Below are positions 12,723 to 25,392 of a stretch of DNA of 64,000 nucleotides, piece after piece (position 1 is the first letter of the stretch; the number at the start of each line of letters is the position of its first letter). The stretch comes from Pseudogymnoascus verrucosus. Lineage: Eukaryota. The translations under genes and the position numbers were made by a program. Below the pieces are notes generated by a model. It did not search any database. It saw only the letters and a program-made list of their open reading frames with translations, and was not told the origin of the DNA. The stretch lies in the NCBI GenBank assembly GCA_001662655.1, contig KV460207.1; one strand, written 5' to 3'.

Positions 12723-14537
12723 TTAAGTCCAGACTGTATGAGGCACGAACCCGCCAAACGCACCGGGTCCTCTTCCTTGGATGTCATAGTAGAAGTCTTC
12801 TCCCTGATCGCTGTATGCCACATCTCCATATGATGATCCTCCTGGGCTGTTGTAGCCACCAAACCCAATCGGAGATGGGATTCCAAGATACTGGCCCGAA
12901 GAGCCAGCAAATGGATCCATGCTCAGAGGGCTGATGGCTGAGCCAGGTTCCGATTTGATATATGGTGTCAGGTGCTCCTGGCTGTAGCTGAAAGCCGGGT
13001 TGCTGCCGAGGCTGAATTGGCTAGGCTCAAAGCTGTCGTGGATGTCGTACGGGCTGCCGTGAAACATGTTGTTCTCAAATGTAGGGAATGATGCAGTTCG
13101 CTCAGGCTGTTCCCATCCCATCCGACGACGGAAGTTTGTAACCATATCAATGGGGTACTCCATCAACGCAAGCGGTGTCTGGAGCTCATCATCGGATTGC
13201 GAGACGTTGAAAGAGAACAAGCGGCGCGCGATTTGCTCAATGGGCCCAAGTGAAAGACTGCCAAAGTAGGCAGCTCCAACTTCAGGGAAGATAGGCTCGA
13301 CAACCAATGCAACCGTGTAGTAGTATGCCAGGACAACCAAAGCGTATGGGCTGACATGTGGTTGTTGGAGATACATGACTGGTAACCAGAAAAGCCAAGT
13401 TCGGAGTGGGTTCAACATCTCGAAGCGTTGCGCAGCAGTGTGCGCCGGTGTAACCTTGCGGATGCCACGGACAAAGCTAGCAAGTTGAACGATTGCCTGA
13501 GTATCTTCACCACTCTCGACCAGGAACTTCTCGACCATCTGAAGTTGGGCGTGAGCCTCACCAAGAGCCTCGATGTCCTGCTTGAGGGGTTCACTGAGCT
13601 TCCTGTTTGGAATCGGAGATGGTGGAGCTGTTGGGAATGTGGATTGCTCGGCAATGAAGTCACCGAATTGAGATTCGTTTTTCCATGGCTGCATGGCGTC
13701 AATGACCTGTAACATGTTAGGTTTCATTCACAACCTGTGACTAGATTTATAATGCATACCGATGATGTTCCGTGCATAAGTTGGGTCCATCCGCGCCTAC
13801 ACAGTAGTGATTAGCGGGGCTCTTTGCCAGTCATATAATCAAACTTACCATTCAGTTGCTTGCCAAGACAAGAGGAGGGAGGCGGCGAGGACTGCATCTG
13901 AGTTGTTGCGGGAGAAGGTGCCGATGTCCTCGTGGAGTCCCTTCAAAGCGATGCCTCGGTGCTCATATGCCATTTGTCTGACAATGGGGCATTCAGTGAG
14001 CCAGGCAATATGAGTCGCCGAGAACGCCAAAAGAGCATGCATGACGAAGCCATATGTTGAGCCAATCTTCAAGAAAAGAGGAATCTGGTTCGCCCAGATC
14101 GTGAACGATCCAGCATCGAGCATGCCCAGCTCGGTCGAGATACTGGCAACGTGGTGCATGAGGCGCAGATCCTCAATAGAGAAGGCTTGCGGGTTTGGCT
14201 GAGGGTAGATGGCAAGCTCGGGGAAGGGGAAAACGCCCGTCTGTTGCCAGCGGTTGATCTCATCCTCGATCGCGGGGGTCCACAGAAGATCTGGCCTTTC
14301 AGGAGTAGGCAGGCGTTCTTCTGGGGGAGGCATGTCCATGTATGGACAGCGGACATTGTGTTTAGTGCAGTTCTTGCACTGAGGGAAGTTTTCATCACAG
14401 CGGATGTGTCTACGTTTGCACGTATCACAGCCCTTGCGAGACTTGGTATGACTATGTGTATGTCAGTATGTTATCCAAGAAAAAGAGTGTCAAACCACAT
14501 ACCTCCGTCTGGGAGGGCCACCACCGGGTCCAGCCAT
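12723..14537 (-). CDS. Zn(II)2Cys6 transcription factor, Upc2/Ecm22-like architecture (4 exons: 14537-14503, 14451-13849, 13796-13760, 13706-12723)
   Basis: MAGPGGGPPRRS|HTKSRKGCDTCKRRHIRCDENFPQCKNCTKHNVRC, followed by a fungal TF domain (DLRLMHH, FVMHALLAFSATH, DAVLAASLLLSWQ). Three canonical introns keep the frame. Confidence 0.92.
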
Positions 14538-17500
14538 TGTGAATAATTAAGAGTGAAGAGGGTGAGTCGACACGAGAGTGTTGTTGTTGTTCGAGCAGTT
14601 AACGAGCGTGATTAGGCCAAAGCCTGGTTAAAACTTATGGATCGTCGATGGATCCAAAACAGAAAGGCAAAAAGTAAAAGGGTTATTGAAAGAGAAATAT
14701 AAAATCAAAGCTGATCACAAGATACCTTGGAGGGGTATATGTAGAGTCAGGATTGGTAACGAAGGTTAAGTTTAACGAGCGTGGTGATAAGGCTTAGCTC
14801 AGAGAGCGGCAGCCAAAGCAGGCGGTAGTCCGGTCACCTTGGCTACAAGAGACCAAGGGATGACAATGCGTTTGATGATGGTGGAAGGCAAGTCCTTAGT
14901 GTGTTCGGAGTTGAGCGGATGGGCGGTGGAGATGGAGTTTGAGTTGGGTGGAGCCGGTGAGAGTGAGAGTTTGGGTAAGACGGCAGGCGCGGAGAAGTGC
15001 CTTTGTGTGGGGTTCAGGCACGACGAAACGTAGCAGGAGATGATATGCACTTTACGGTGTGAAGTTAGATGCGTGAGAATGTAACGACAGACTGGTTGGT
15101 TGTGCAGCGAGGAACGGAGTCGTAGGATGAGGATGAGGTGACGGATGAGTGACGGATGAGGCGAAAATATGCTGTGGGAGGTATGATCGCGTTTTCCCGG
15201 AGTATTTGTTCTATGGGTGGACTTTCGACGGTCTTACTTCCATCCAGGAACCGGCAAGGTACAACTGTTTGAGAAAGGCGGGAAAAAAGACCAGCGGTTT
15301 CTTCGGCACGGTTTCGCCACTCAGGGTTTCTGTTCTGTACTATCTGTACTACTCTGCAGCTACGGTGAGTTAATGCAGCCTGGCTGAGTAACAGACAAGT
15401 GACCAGGGTAAGCGCGGAACGTGGCGCGAGGGTGTTGCGGTTGGAGATGGTTGGTGACAGTTGGTGGCAGTTGGTGACAGTTTTTGATGGCGGTTTGGTG
15501 GTCAGGAAGAGGTTGTATAGGCCCGAGATGAGCAGGAACGAACGTGGTCACAGGTGATACCTTGTGAGGAAAAACGGCGGGCGTTCCACAGGCGGGCGGA
15601 GATGGGATGAATGAGGAGAGAGCGGCCGGGTCTCCTGCAGTGCTCTCGTCGGTTTTCTTTCTTCTCTCCTTCCTCCCTTCAAATCCGGGAATGCCAAGAG
15701 TAAGGCGGCCTCCAGAGGATGAACGAGCGAAATGGATTTGCGCGGGCTGTCTGTTGTGTTGTGGTGATTCAGGCAGGTGATGCGGGCTTTCTCAGCTTTC
15801 TCAGTTAAGGGCTGCTGCGGGTTGGGGTTTGAGGATGCCAACACTCTGTAAGATAGACGCGAAAGCGAATGAACGGAGTCAACGAGGACTTCCGAGTGCT
15901 AGGGGCGATACACAAAAAGTGATCGAAGGATTTGTTGTGTTGTGGGAATATGAAGAGGTTGATGTGATAGAGGGGAATAGAGTGAGAGGAGGGGGGAGAA
16001 ATGAGGGAAGTGTATAATATTTATTTAATGGGTGTTTGGAGGAGTGGCTACCTTAGGCTACCTTACCAACCTAAGATGTGAGGGAAGCGTTGTGTGGAAG
16101 CGTGAAGCGTGATCCGTGATCCATTATTAGAGCATACCCCATCCCATGTGTTCCGTACCCATAGCCGTACCCATAGAAATATCCATACCACAACCCATAC
16201 CACACCTCCACCTCCAAACACATCCACACTTGGAACAACTGGGCGGTGCGGCGGGTGCTGATGGATGGGTGTGGTGGTGCGCTGGGTTCGTTTGAGCCAA
16301 ACGCTTCCTTCCCTTCCCTCCCTTCACCTTACTTACATTTTCTTACACTTACCATTAACCCAAACAGGGATGGCAAGGCGCACTGAGCAACTGAGGGGGG
16401 GCAACAGTTTGGGTGGGGGAGAGGGGGGAAGAGGGGCCATCTGTACCCATCTTTGCCATCTAAGTGGGCGCCTTTTGTGCACAGCTAGGCTTGGCGGGAA
16501 TGGGGGTGTCACTGTCTTCAAAGACACAGATACAGAGACAGACACAGATGCAGAGATATGTACGAAGTACGACGAGTAAGCCCGGCGAGATGCTGGACAG
16601 TCGAGACATTCATCCCCCTTCTCCCCTTCTCCCTTTCTCCCCGCCATCTGATGCTCTATTTCCTGTTCCTTTCTCCCTACAGTACTGCATGTATCTTATA
16701 CTAACATGCATAACAGGACAAGTATATTTTCCTTGTGTGGGGTTGGGGACCGGCAAACACAAACAAACAGAAGGATGGAAGGAATGTGAGGAAAGAGGCG
16801 GAGGCGAGCCGAGCTAACTGTGGTTTAGTATACTGTTGTGCAGGAGAGCACTATAGGAAGTACCCTTCTGTACTGTACACACACAACCTTCCACCTTCCA
16901 CCCCGTAGCGCAGAGGCAGAAAAGCGGAGAGCTTGTCTGTGTCGGTTGCTTGAGGGCCCGCCGTCTCTCCCGGGGGACCATGCAGGGTACAAGGGCAATA
17001 CATCACAAAAGTAACTCCGAGAACCAGGGCGCGCCATCGCGTGTTTGAGGAACAGAGAAGGTTCGGTTGGTGGAGGGAGTTGGACGACTGCCGTACGCTG
17101 GCGCTGGCACTCTAGTTCTCTGGTATCCTGATACCCTGGTACTCTACTGTGGCACTGTATCATCCTCACAGAAGCCTTTGAACCCGGCAAGTATCGTTAC
17201 AGTTGCAGCGCCTCAATGCGACAATGAGAAGGAGGCTGGGGAGAGGGATTTGGAAGTCTGGCATGAAATCCGCGACTTGCCGGGTACTACCAAGGGCTGT
17301 TTAAGACTAGGGGCATGAATGGGCCGCCCTGGCGTGGTGGCTACTAGCGACATGGACAGGGGTGGCGACGATGACGATGATATATCGACGGCGCGGTGGT
17401 GATGGAGATGGAGATGCTGATGGCAAAGAATCCGAGGTGTGTGTATTTGTGTCCATTTTATGTGTAGTGATCCAGTGACTGACTCCACCCCGCTCGGCCA

Positions 17501-17808
17501 AGCACCGACTGATGCTTGCCCACTTCATAGCTCATGCCAAAAATGGTCGTTGGGTCGCATGCAATGCGGCGCTAGAAATAACCCCATTAGGCTAGTATTG
17601 CCAAAGTATGCAAGTCGATTTGTGAGAACAAACTAAGACTACGGAGACTCGGCACAAATTGCCAAACAAGAAAAGAAAAAGTCTTGAGTTAATGGAGAAG
17701 GTGCGAATATTCTCATCCACCACACGCTACCGGCGGATGCACTTCTCGGGTTTTCTGCATGGTACTCTCCGTTCTTTACTCCATATCACTACCCACAGAA
17801 TGAGGCTC

Positions 17809-17843
17809 CGATGGAGACTTCAATGGAGACTTCGATGGAGACT
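17809..17843. repeat. 12-bp tandem repeat, about 3 copies
   Basis: CGATGGAGACTT CAATGGAGACTT CGATGGAGACT. Confidence 0.85.
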
Positions 17844-20800
17844 GCGTGGATGACATTATTGACGGCATGACGTTCATCTCGTGAACCTGGTGGGTTTGGG
17901 GCTGAGCCGTATAAGAGAACGCCGTATAACCCTCCCGCGAGAGGGTCATGGAACGTTTCCGCTAGGCATCACTGATCCTAAATCCGTCACCACCCATCTC
18001 ACCGTCTCAGAACCTTAATTCGCAACCTGGTGAGTGCAGCGAACCACTCACGAGTGCGACCTTTAGCCTGAGTGTCGTCCGCGGATAGAGTAGTGGATGT
18101 GTCCGGTCCGCGCGAGAGGTTAACTTGGTGCTGCATTGCATCGTGAGAATGTCAAAAATCACTAATCGCGCACTTTTCTGCATGCATCTTGCAGCACAAA
18201 CGGGGCACGGGGTCAGCGAGCTCAGGGTCCGCACCACGAGTCAGCAGAGGATAAGCCAAACAGAGGCCAGAGATGCGTCGTGGGCCAGCGATCACGGCTT
18301 CCTTTGAAGCTTCAGTCAGTCCATACAGACCTGGCAGCGTGCCTGCCGATGAGCTTGGTGGTCAAAGCACTTGCATTGTTTCGGAGTGGGTGGTTGTGAT
18401 CCCCGTCTCAGCGGTGTGGCATGCACAGATGCACGATAACTCCCCGTTGGCCAGTTGCATTCCCCCACGCCCTGGTTGACACGGTCTTGCCTTTGATAAA
18501 AATAGACTTTGATCAGCGGTAGAAAAAGAAAAGTTGGAGGTAGGTAGATCTGCTACATTGCCATGTAGTAAGCTGACGATTCAACGTTAGACATCGTGTG
18601 AGTGGACACCGGAGAATGAGTTTTGGGATCGATCTCATCTCTTTCCCACGTACTGATGACCGCAAGGCTGGGATTTTCAAAGTTTGGGCACAATGACGGT
18701 CGATCCCCACAGACAAGAAGTCGACAGTTGAAAGTTGGAGACATTTGATGTACTAGCTTCGCATTAAGCTTGATCAAGTAAGAGGAGAAAAAGACCCGCC
18801 GTCCGTTAACCCACGGGAAGCCGCTCGGCAGCAGATATTCCGGGCCGGCGTTTGTCTCAAAGAAGCTTGGGTGGATATGTTTCTCGTATTCATATTCATG
18901 CCAATGCCAGAAATGCCAGAAATAGCCCACAACTGAATGGCGCCAACCAGGAATGGGAAATAAGGCTCGGGTGCATTTTCCCTGAGTGGGGTTTTTGCAC
19001 AAAATCGATCCGCAAATTCCCTTTCACCTCTCATTTTTCATGAGAAAAATGAAGGGATAACGGGAAGTTCCCGTGCACATGACAAGATCGATCTGATTAA
19101 TCATAACCCACTGCGTTTTATCTTCAGCCCACATTTATCCCTCGCCCACGATGGATAGCTCTAGCTTCCGAATGCGGAAAGCCCCAAGATCGAAGCGAGC
19201 TACTCAGCCAGCCTTAGCTCCCCGTCCGACCCAAGAATTTGTCAAACATACACGTGAAGTCTGGTACATATCTGCCAATCATGGGCACAAAAGTCGGGCT
19301 CATAAGCCGTGGGAGGTTGGTCAGGTCAGTCCGCCAAGATGTCTTCACATTCGGAAGATACTCATCCCATGTCATGTCGGCCTTCTGTTCAGCGGCTGCT
19401 CGCCGATATGGGCGCCAGGCATGAGCATGGGTAATTGAGCCTGCTGTACCCTCGTCGTTGCCACGCTTCCCCCCACCCACCAGCCATTCTGCTTCAAGGG
19501 ATGCAACCCAACCCCCACATTCACAATATTCAAATTCCTCAAACCTCTCTCCAAACTCTCAAACACGATGAATCTGGTCGCATCTTGCGAGTTACTACAG
19601 GTCACAACTTTTTTTTTTGTCTCGCCGAGTGAGACATCTCAGCACTGACGTAGCACACCCCCGTCGTTAGTTGAGTGGGGTATCAAGGCTATTTTTAACC
19701 CCGTTTTGCTGTCCGGTAAGCTCAGGATGTGGCCGAAGAGGGGTGCGAGTGGTGCGGATGATACTTTTTGGGCCAATGCCGCCTGATTTTTTCTAGAAGT
19801 CCTAAGCGACCACCGAAACGCAACGTAGCATGCGCCTACTCCGAACGATATTTGTGGTTCGCCGCACCGCCGCTCAACTCCGTTTGTGGTCTATAGCACA
19901 ATACAATGCTCTACACTGTGTGGTGTATTGTTTGTGCAGGAATAGTAATCCAACGAGCCTTTAACGCCGCCGAAATATGGGTACGGTAGCAAAAAAAAAC
20001 TGGTAAACTGGTCTTTTTCCGTTGTTCCGCGGCGCTGGATGATCGCCGAGGTGAGGAGTCGGAACACTGGAGACGGAACGCCGCCTAGGAAACCTGTGTC
20101 CACACCGCCTAGCGACGTGCCAATTCCTCAACGCTACTGCAAAGTAAATCGATTTCTGCGACAACAATTGGCTGCGGCGGTCAATGCGACGCTCTTTCGG
20201 ATTTAGTTCGCTCTCTTGCGTTTTTCCCCTCAAATCCATCTTCAACTCTTGCCAGGGTGTGTCGGAGCGGCAATACGCTTTTGTCCGAGGGATATCCCGT
20301 CGAGAGTCCGTTCCCCCTCAGGCCACGGCACTAACATCAGTAGTCCGCCCTTTCTTGCACAAACGTGTAGGCTAGGTGATGGTGGGAAAGTTGGGATGGT
20401 AGTTTGGTCCCACGGGTAGATCATTGGAGCTCTAACGAGAGCTAACCCGATGATAGGGAATTTCAACGCAGAGGTACAGATTATGTACAGTACATATGAC
20501 GTGCGGAAGTGAACGGCGCGGCGGGCAGGGAGAAGGCCTGTTGATTTTGGTTACCCCACTCCAAATCGTTGAACCCCGAGCCATGCGACGGAGCTTGGCA
20601 TACTACAAATGTTATGGCGCTTAATCCTGGTCCACTTGTTGTGCTTGGTTCAAGTCACAGCGGCAGGGAAGTTGTGCGTTTGGGGGGTAACACAAACACA
20701 AACACAGCAATCAAATCAGTTATGCGCCGAGGCATACTCGAGGTGGTAACGGCGGGCTGCCCCTCTTTGGATCACCTCAGACTGAAACTGTTTTGCTTTC

Positions 20801-22921
20801 TCATGCCGTCGACATGGTTTCTGCGGAGAATCACACCTCAACGGCTCCATCTCAGCTCCATCTCAGCTCTGATCTTGCAAAGCAATACGACTTAAAAGCG
20901 TGATGAAAACCTACATACTGTGGGGTATAAGCCTAAAATAGGCTATTACTTTCGTCGAAGCTGACAGCCAGTGTCGGACCTGAGAACTTGATTGGGAAAG
21001 AGATAGCCCCCATCATCTCACACATCTTCACAAATTCAAAAAGGGGCAAGAGAGCAAGCGCTACGAAAAAAGAGGATGACAGTTTTGGTGATCGACAACG
21101 TGTGTGAGCATCGCCCAAAACGGCAATTAACGAACGACCACTTGCCAACCAACGTCGCAGTCGACCCCAGCAGGGTCATCACGGACCTCCCTCCCCTCGC
21201 CCAAAACAACGATCTCTCGGATCACTCAGGGCACAGTGCTGCCCTGACCCTGGCGACCTGTGCCCACGATACGAGATCTGTAATATCCCCCAGCTCCTAT
21301 TTTAGCCACAGGCCCCGCGGACCCCGGTCCCATCACAGCGTCTACGGTCTAGCATAGCTTCGTATTCCGACTCCGCCTCTCTCTTGGTCCGTTTCAGAGT
21401 TATCTTACACTACACATGCCGTCTTCGTCTTGCCTTACGCAAACTTTAGTCAGGTACGCGATGTCAGGTACGCATTGAAGCACCAATTACTACCGTTAAG
21501 GTCGCTCGGCGGCTCCGTCGTGCATGCAATGAGACAAGGCCCGAACCGATCGCGGGTGATATGAAGCATGAATCGATGGATGGGGAGCATTGAGCGCTTC
21601 ATCGTATTACCAAATTGAGAGGCCAGAGGCTGGCGCCGGCATTTCCCCGAATAACCTCCCAGGGTTGCTTGCCCAACCACCGTACACAATTCGTAGATGC
21701 GGCACGAGCAGCGCCCCTTCTGGTAAAACGTTTCCACTTTCTATAACAACCTTAACACCAGGATGGCCATCGCGTGTTCAGTGGGGAGGGCCATGGTCTA
21801 TTCTGTTCTGTCCAACCAACACGGGATTCCGGCACTTATATCGCAGGTGTTGATCGGCACGTCCCAAACCAACAAACCTCTTCAGCCCTCGCACCTCCCA
21901 CATGACAACCAGCCACCCCCCCATCCCATCACCAGACTCACACCAACAAAGACCAGTAAGTGCTTACCCTCCCTCTCCCCTTCTCTCCGCGACCGCTCCA
22001 CCCTCACCTCATCACCTTCCCAAAGCCGCCAACTACCGGCATCGCGTCTAAGCCTCCCCGAGTGTAAAGCCGTCTATTCCACTGATCCGCCCCGCCCCCA
22101 TCGCGTCTCACACCTCACTCATTCATCTCCATAGCATCTGTCCGGCGCCTCCGCGAGAATCGCTGCTGGGAATGGCATATGCATGGCGATTTCTGGGACG
22201 CTGACTGTGTGTGCCGGAAGTCCGGTACGTGGTGGAGACGGCGCGGTTCCGCGGTCAGCGGCTACGCCGAGGGCGGCGGTTGTTGAGCCGGGGCGGCGGA
22301 TGAGGGATAGGCGGAGGGGAAGGGGGGAGTTCGCCGAGGTTAAGGGGAGGAGGGGGCGATTTGGAATTATCTTGAGGGGAGGGGTGCATTTTCCATGTTT
22401 TCAGGGTGGTGTTTGGTGACGCGGTTTGTGATGTTGGATGGCTGGTTCTTTCTTGGAATGAGCAGGCCTCGGAAGCAACTGAGAAACGAGTAAATGCTGC
22501 CTGTGGTAGGTATTTCTTTTCTTTGTTCGTATTTCCCTATCAATCGTCTAAATGAAAAACATATTTGCCCAGGCACATAAACGTCTCTTTTCTCTTTGTG
22601 TTTGCTCAACAATACTCTGTTGTTAAGTCATTTCTTTGACCTGCCGTCTATTCGAATGGGACTGCAAATCTGCCGTCGAGGCACAGGAATTGCTCAGCAA
22701 TACTCCCGCCAAAGACTGCTTTGATCTGCTGTGTATCAGAATCGAACAATAAAATCGTTGTCACCAGGCACAATAGCAAAGCTTTGAAACGAACATAGAA
22801 GCCCCAACAAGGAGTTTGTCCGTCGATAAAACGAAGAGCAATACCTTCACATTGTTTTCGAAAATGCTTCAAGTTTCAACATTGAACAGAACCGAGAGTC
22901 CGTTGGGCTCTGGAGTATATA

Positions 22922-24001
22922 ATGAGGGCAATTTACTTGGTAAATATCGAAACCAGATCCTCAGCACCGAGACGTCTAGCAAAGCCCAAAGGCGTGCATT
23001 CAAGAGACTTCAACAATTCCTCAACAGCGTGTTTTCAACAGACTTCAATCATTCCCAAGCTACTAACGATGTCCTCACAGCTCTTCGGCAAGGCTGCGCC
23101 TGCAAACGAGATCGACGGTCCGTACGAAAGCTGTCTTTCGCCGCTGGTAAAAGCAGAACGAGGCGGGTTCGTACCGATCTGCGATGTCATCAGATGCTTC
23201 TACGAAACCTGTGGTCACATAGAGACCAAAACATCCTGCCACAACTACATGGGCAATATCATGAAGCAACCCGACCGCGGTATCAACCCCCGCTGGATCC
23301 CCTGCAACAGGGATGTCTGCGATCAAAGCGTCATAGTCACTAGATGCATGCCAGGCTCCTGCGTGCAGTGCGAGACGCAAGATGACCCTACTGACCCCCT
23401 CCGCATTAGTTTTGACGCAGACCCTACCATCACCCGCTCAGATTTCAATAGGAACACAATCCCCTCTAAAGAGATTGAGAGGCGGACACTCGACTACCGC
23501 AAACGCGCGGCCGACACCCAAACTCGTCACCGCGAGTTATCGCTACGTTACGATCCTAATAACCTTCTTTACAGTGAATTCTCTACAAAACGCTTCGATC
23601 GTACCGCCCGCGACTTCATCGAGCACTACAGGCAGCTACGGAGACATCCCGGCGTCGTGGACCCGGAGCAGTTCTACACTGAGGTCCGCAAACAGCGCGC
23701 AGAGGAGGACAAGAAGGGTATTAAGGTCGAGCACCGGCAGTACTTCTCCGGCGGCAAGTTCGACGAGACGGACCTGCTGTGCCGCTTGGATCCGACAGAT
23801 ACTCGTCTCGCTGAGGAGCAGTGCTTAATTTGCCAGGATGGCTTCGTGCCTGAGGCTCGGGATCCGAGGATGATGCCATGCGAACATATTTTTCATTGGG
23901 CCTGCATCTCGCAGTGGTATTATAGGACGAGTCGAACTTGTCCGTACTGCCGGAGGGGGTATCACGTTATGACTCTGCCGCGGTTCTTGCCGCCACCGTG
24001 A
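22922..24001 (+). CDS. RING-H2 finger protein, putative E3 ligase, with an additional Cys/His-rich N-terminal region; 5' and 3' exon structure uncertain
   Basis: C-terminal CLICQD...PCEHIFHWACISQW...TCPYCR (C3H2C3). TACTAAC...CAG ending at 23080 suggests an in-frame intron 22940-23080. The stop codon overlaps a GTGAGT donor at 23998. Confidence 0.8.
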   Translation: MRAIYLVNIETRSSAPRRLAKPKGVHSRDFNNSSTACFQQTSIIPKLLTMSSQLFGKAAPANEIDGPYESCLSPLVKAERGGFVPICDVIRCFYETCGHIETKTSCHNYMGNIMKQPDRGINPRWIPCNRDVCDQSVIVTRCMPGSCVQCETQDDPTDPLRISFDADPTITRSDFNRNTIPSKEIERRTLDYRKRAADTQTRHRELSLRYDPNNLLYSEFSTKRFDRTARDFIEHYRQLRRHPGVVDPEQFYTEVRKQRAEEDKKGIKVEHRQYFSGGKFDETDLLCRLDPTDTRLAEEQCLICQDGFVPEARDPRMMPCEHIFHWACISQWYYRTSRTCPYCRRGYHVMTLPRFLPPP

Positions 24002-25392
24002 GTGCCCAAGGTGAGTACGCAGTTTACCAGGTAAGTAAACAGGTAAGTAAACAAGTAAGTCGGTTTTTCCTTGGTCAAACAGGTAGGTGGGGTTTTTAGT
24101 CAAGTGGTAGGTGAGTAGATGTTTTCCCCCTTTTGTTTCTCAAAATATAAATATTTATTTATTTAATCAACTCCCGTGTTCCCTCGCTCTCTCTACGTCA
24201 TATAACACAGTTTTTAGTATACCACTGCCATCGTACAGACTAGTATTTCAAGTTATTGACTCTATCGGCTGATCTGAAGGGTTTGAGGCTTGATGGACGA
24301 TTCCTATTAGTCAGATATCCTCGCTCCTTCCGCGTCTGTTATGAGACCACAACCGTCGCTTGCTCCTTCCGCCTTTCATAGTCATCACTCACTCCTTCCC
24401 TTTCTCCATTGTCCCTCGCCCCTTCCGCACCTAACAACCACAACCATCCTTCGCTCCTTCCACAGCACAGCCAATAGCTTGCTCACCCTCCCTCTCTTCA
24501 ATAACACTCGTGTGGCCGAGTATTTCTCATGTTGCCAAGCGGCAGCGAGAGCAGATTGCATGGCTGTGGCGTTCGAGCGGGCTTGAGCTTCGTGATGACC
24601 TGGGCGTTTGCCAAACGTTGTATGCGCCGAGTCATCTCGCACGGGCATGGCCGCATTCCTTCCCCCTTTCGCTGCCGCCTTGCTCCTTCCGCCGTGGCCG
24701 CCACTGCGCCATCACCGGCGCCCCTTTTCTCCTTCCACCACACAACCACAACCACGTTCCTTCCGCCGTCCACAACACAACCTCAACCACCGCTCCTTCT
24801 CTCCCTTTTCCTCAAAATAGACAGTCCATCCCATCTCCCCGTTGGATCGCTTCACCTCGCTTCGCCTCGTCTCCATGGGTTTTCATTCCTCTCCTTTTAT
24901 CTTCAAAAATTCATATCTCCCCTCAGAGGCGTCGGAGAGAGTTCTCGTATAAGCCAAAAAAAATTGCAAAAAATAGAGGATTCTCCTAGAAGGGGGGAAA
25001 TACCCGCACCCAACCACTGCATACACCTTCTAAGTGCAATTGAACTTCGTGGGTCCCCCAGGATGATTGACAGGTACTTGAGCGGGCCAAACGAGTGCAG
25101 ATCGCTGTTATGCTCCTTCAGCCAGTCAACCATCCCTATTAATGGGATCTGACTTGGTCTGCATTATATACTTTGATTTAGCGCCGCCCTGTTGCCGCTG
25201 TGTCGGCGGCGTTTTATCATCCCCCTTTTCCACGTATGTAAAATCTCGGTTTTTTCCCTTATAGCCAAGCTAGATTTATATGTATAATCATTTCTAGACT
25301 TTTAGAATGAATGTAAGAATATGCGTTGTGTTTCTCACTCTAATCTTTTGAAAGTAAGTGCCTGTGGCAGCCTCTGTGTGCGAATGGGATGG

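Noticed and set aside
12329..12910. 193-aa minus-strand ORF overlapping the end of the Zn2Cys6 gene
   Set aside because: Alternative frame running into a C/A-rich 3' UTR; no support as a separate gene.
19711..19790. tRNA-like start (GTCCGGTAAGCTCAG) followed by a T run
   Set aside because: No T-loop GTTCRA, and no acceptor stem or cloverleaf could be formed.
20900..20985. Box C (GTGATGA) and CTGA motifs suggesting a C/D snoRNA
   Set aside because: No terminal stem or recognisable rRNA guide; such short motifs occur by chance.
24341..25152. Overlapping 81-207 aa ORFs
   Set aside because: Pyrimidine-rich repetitive sequence with no domain or codon signal.
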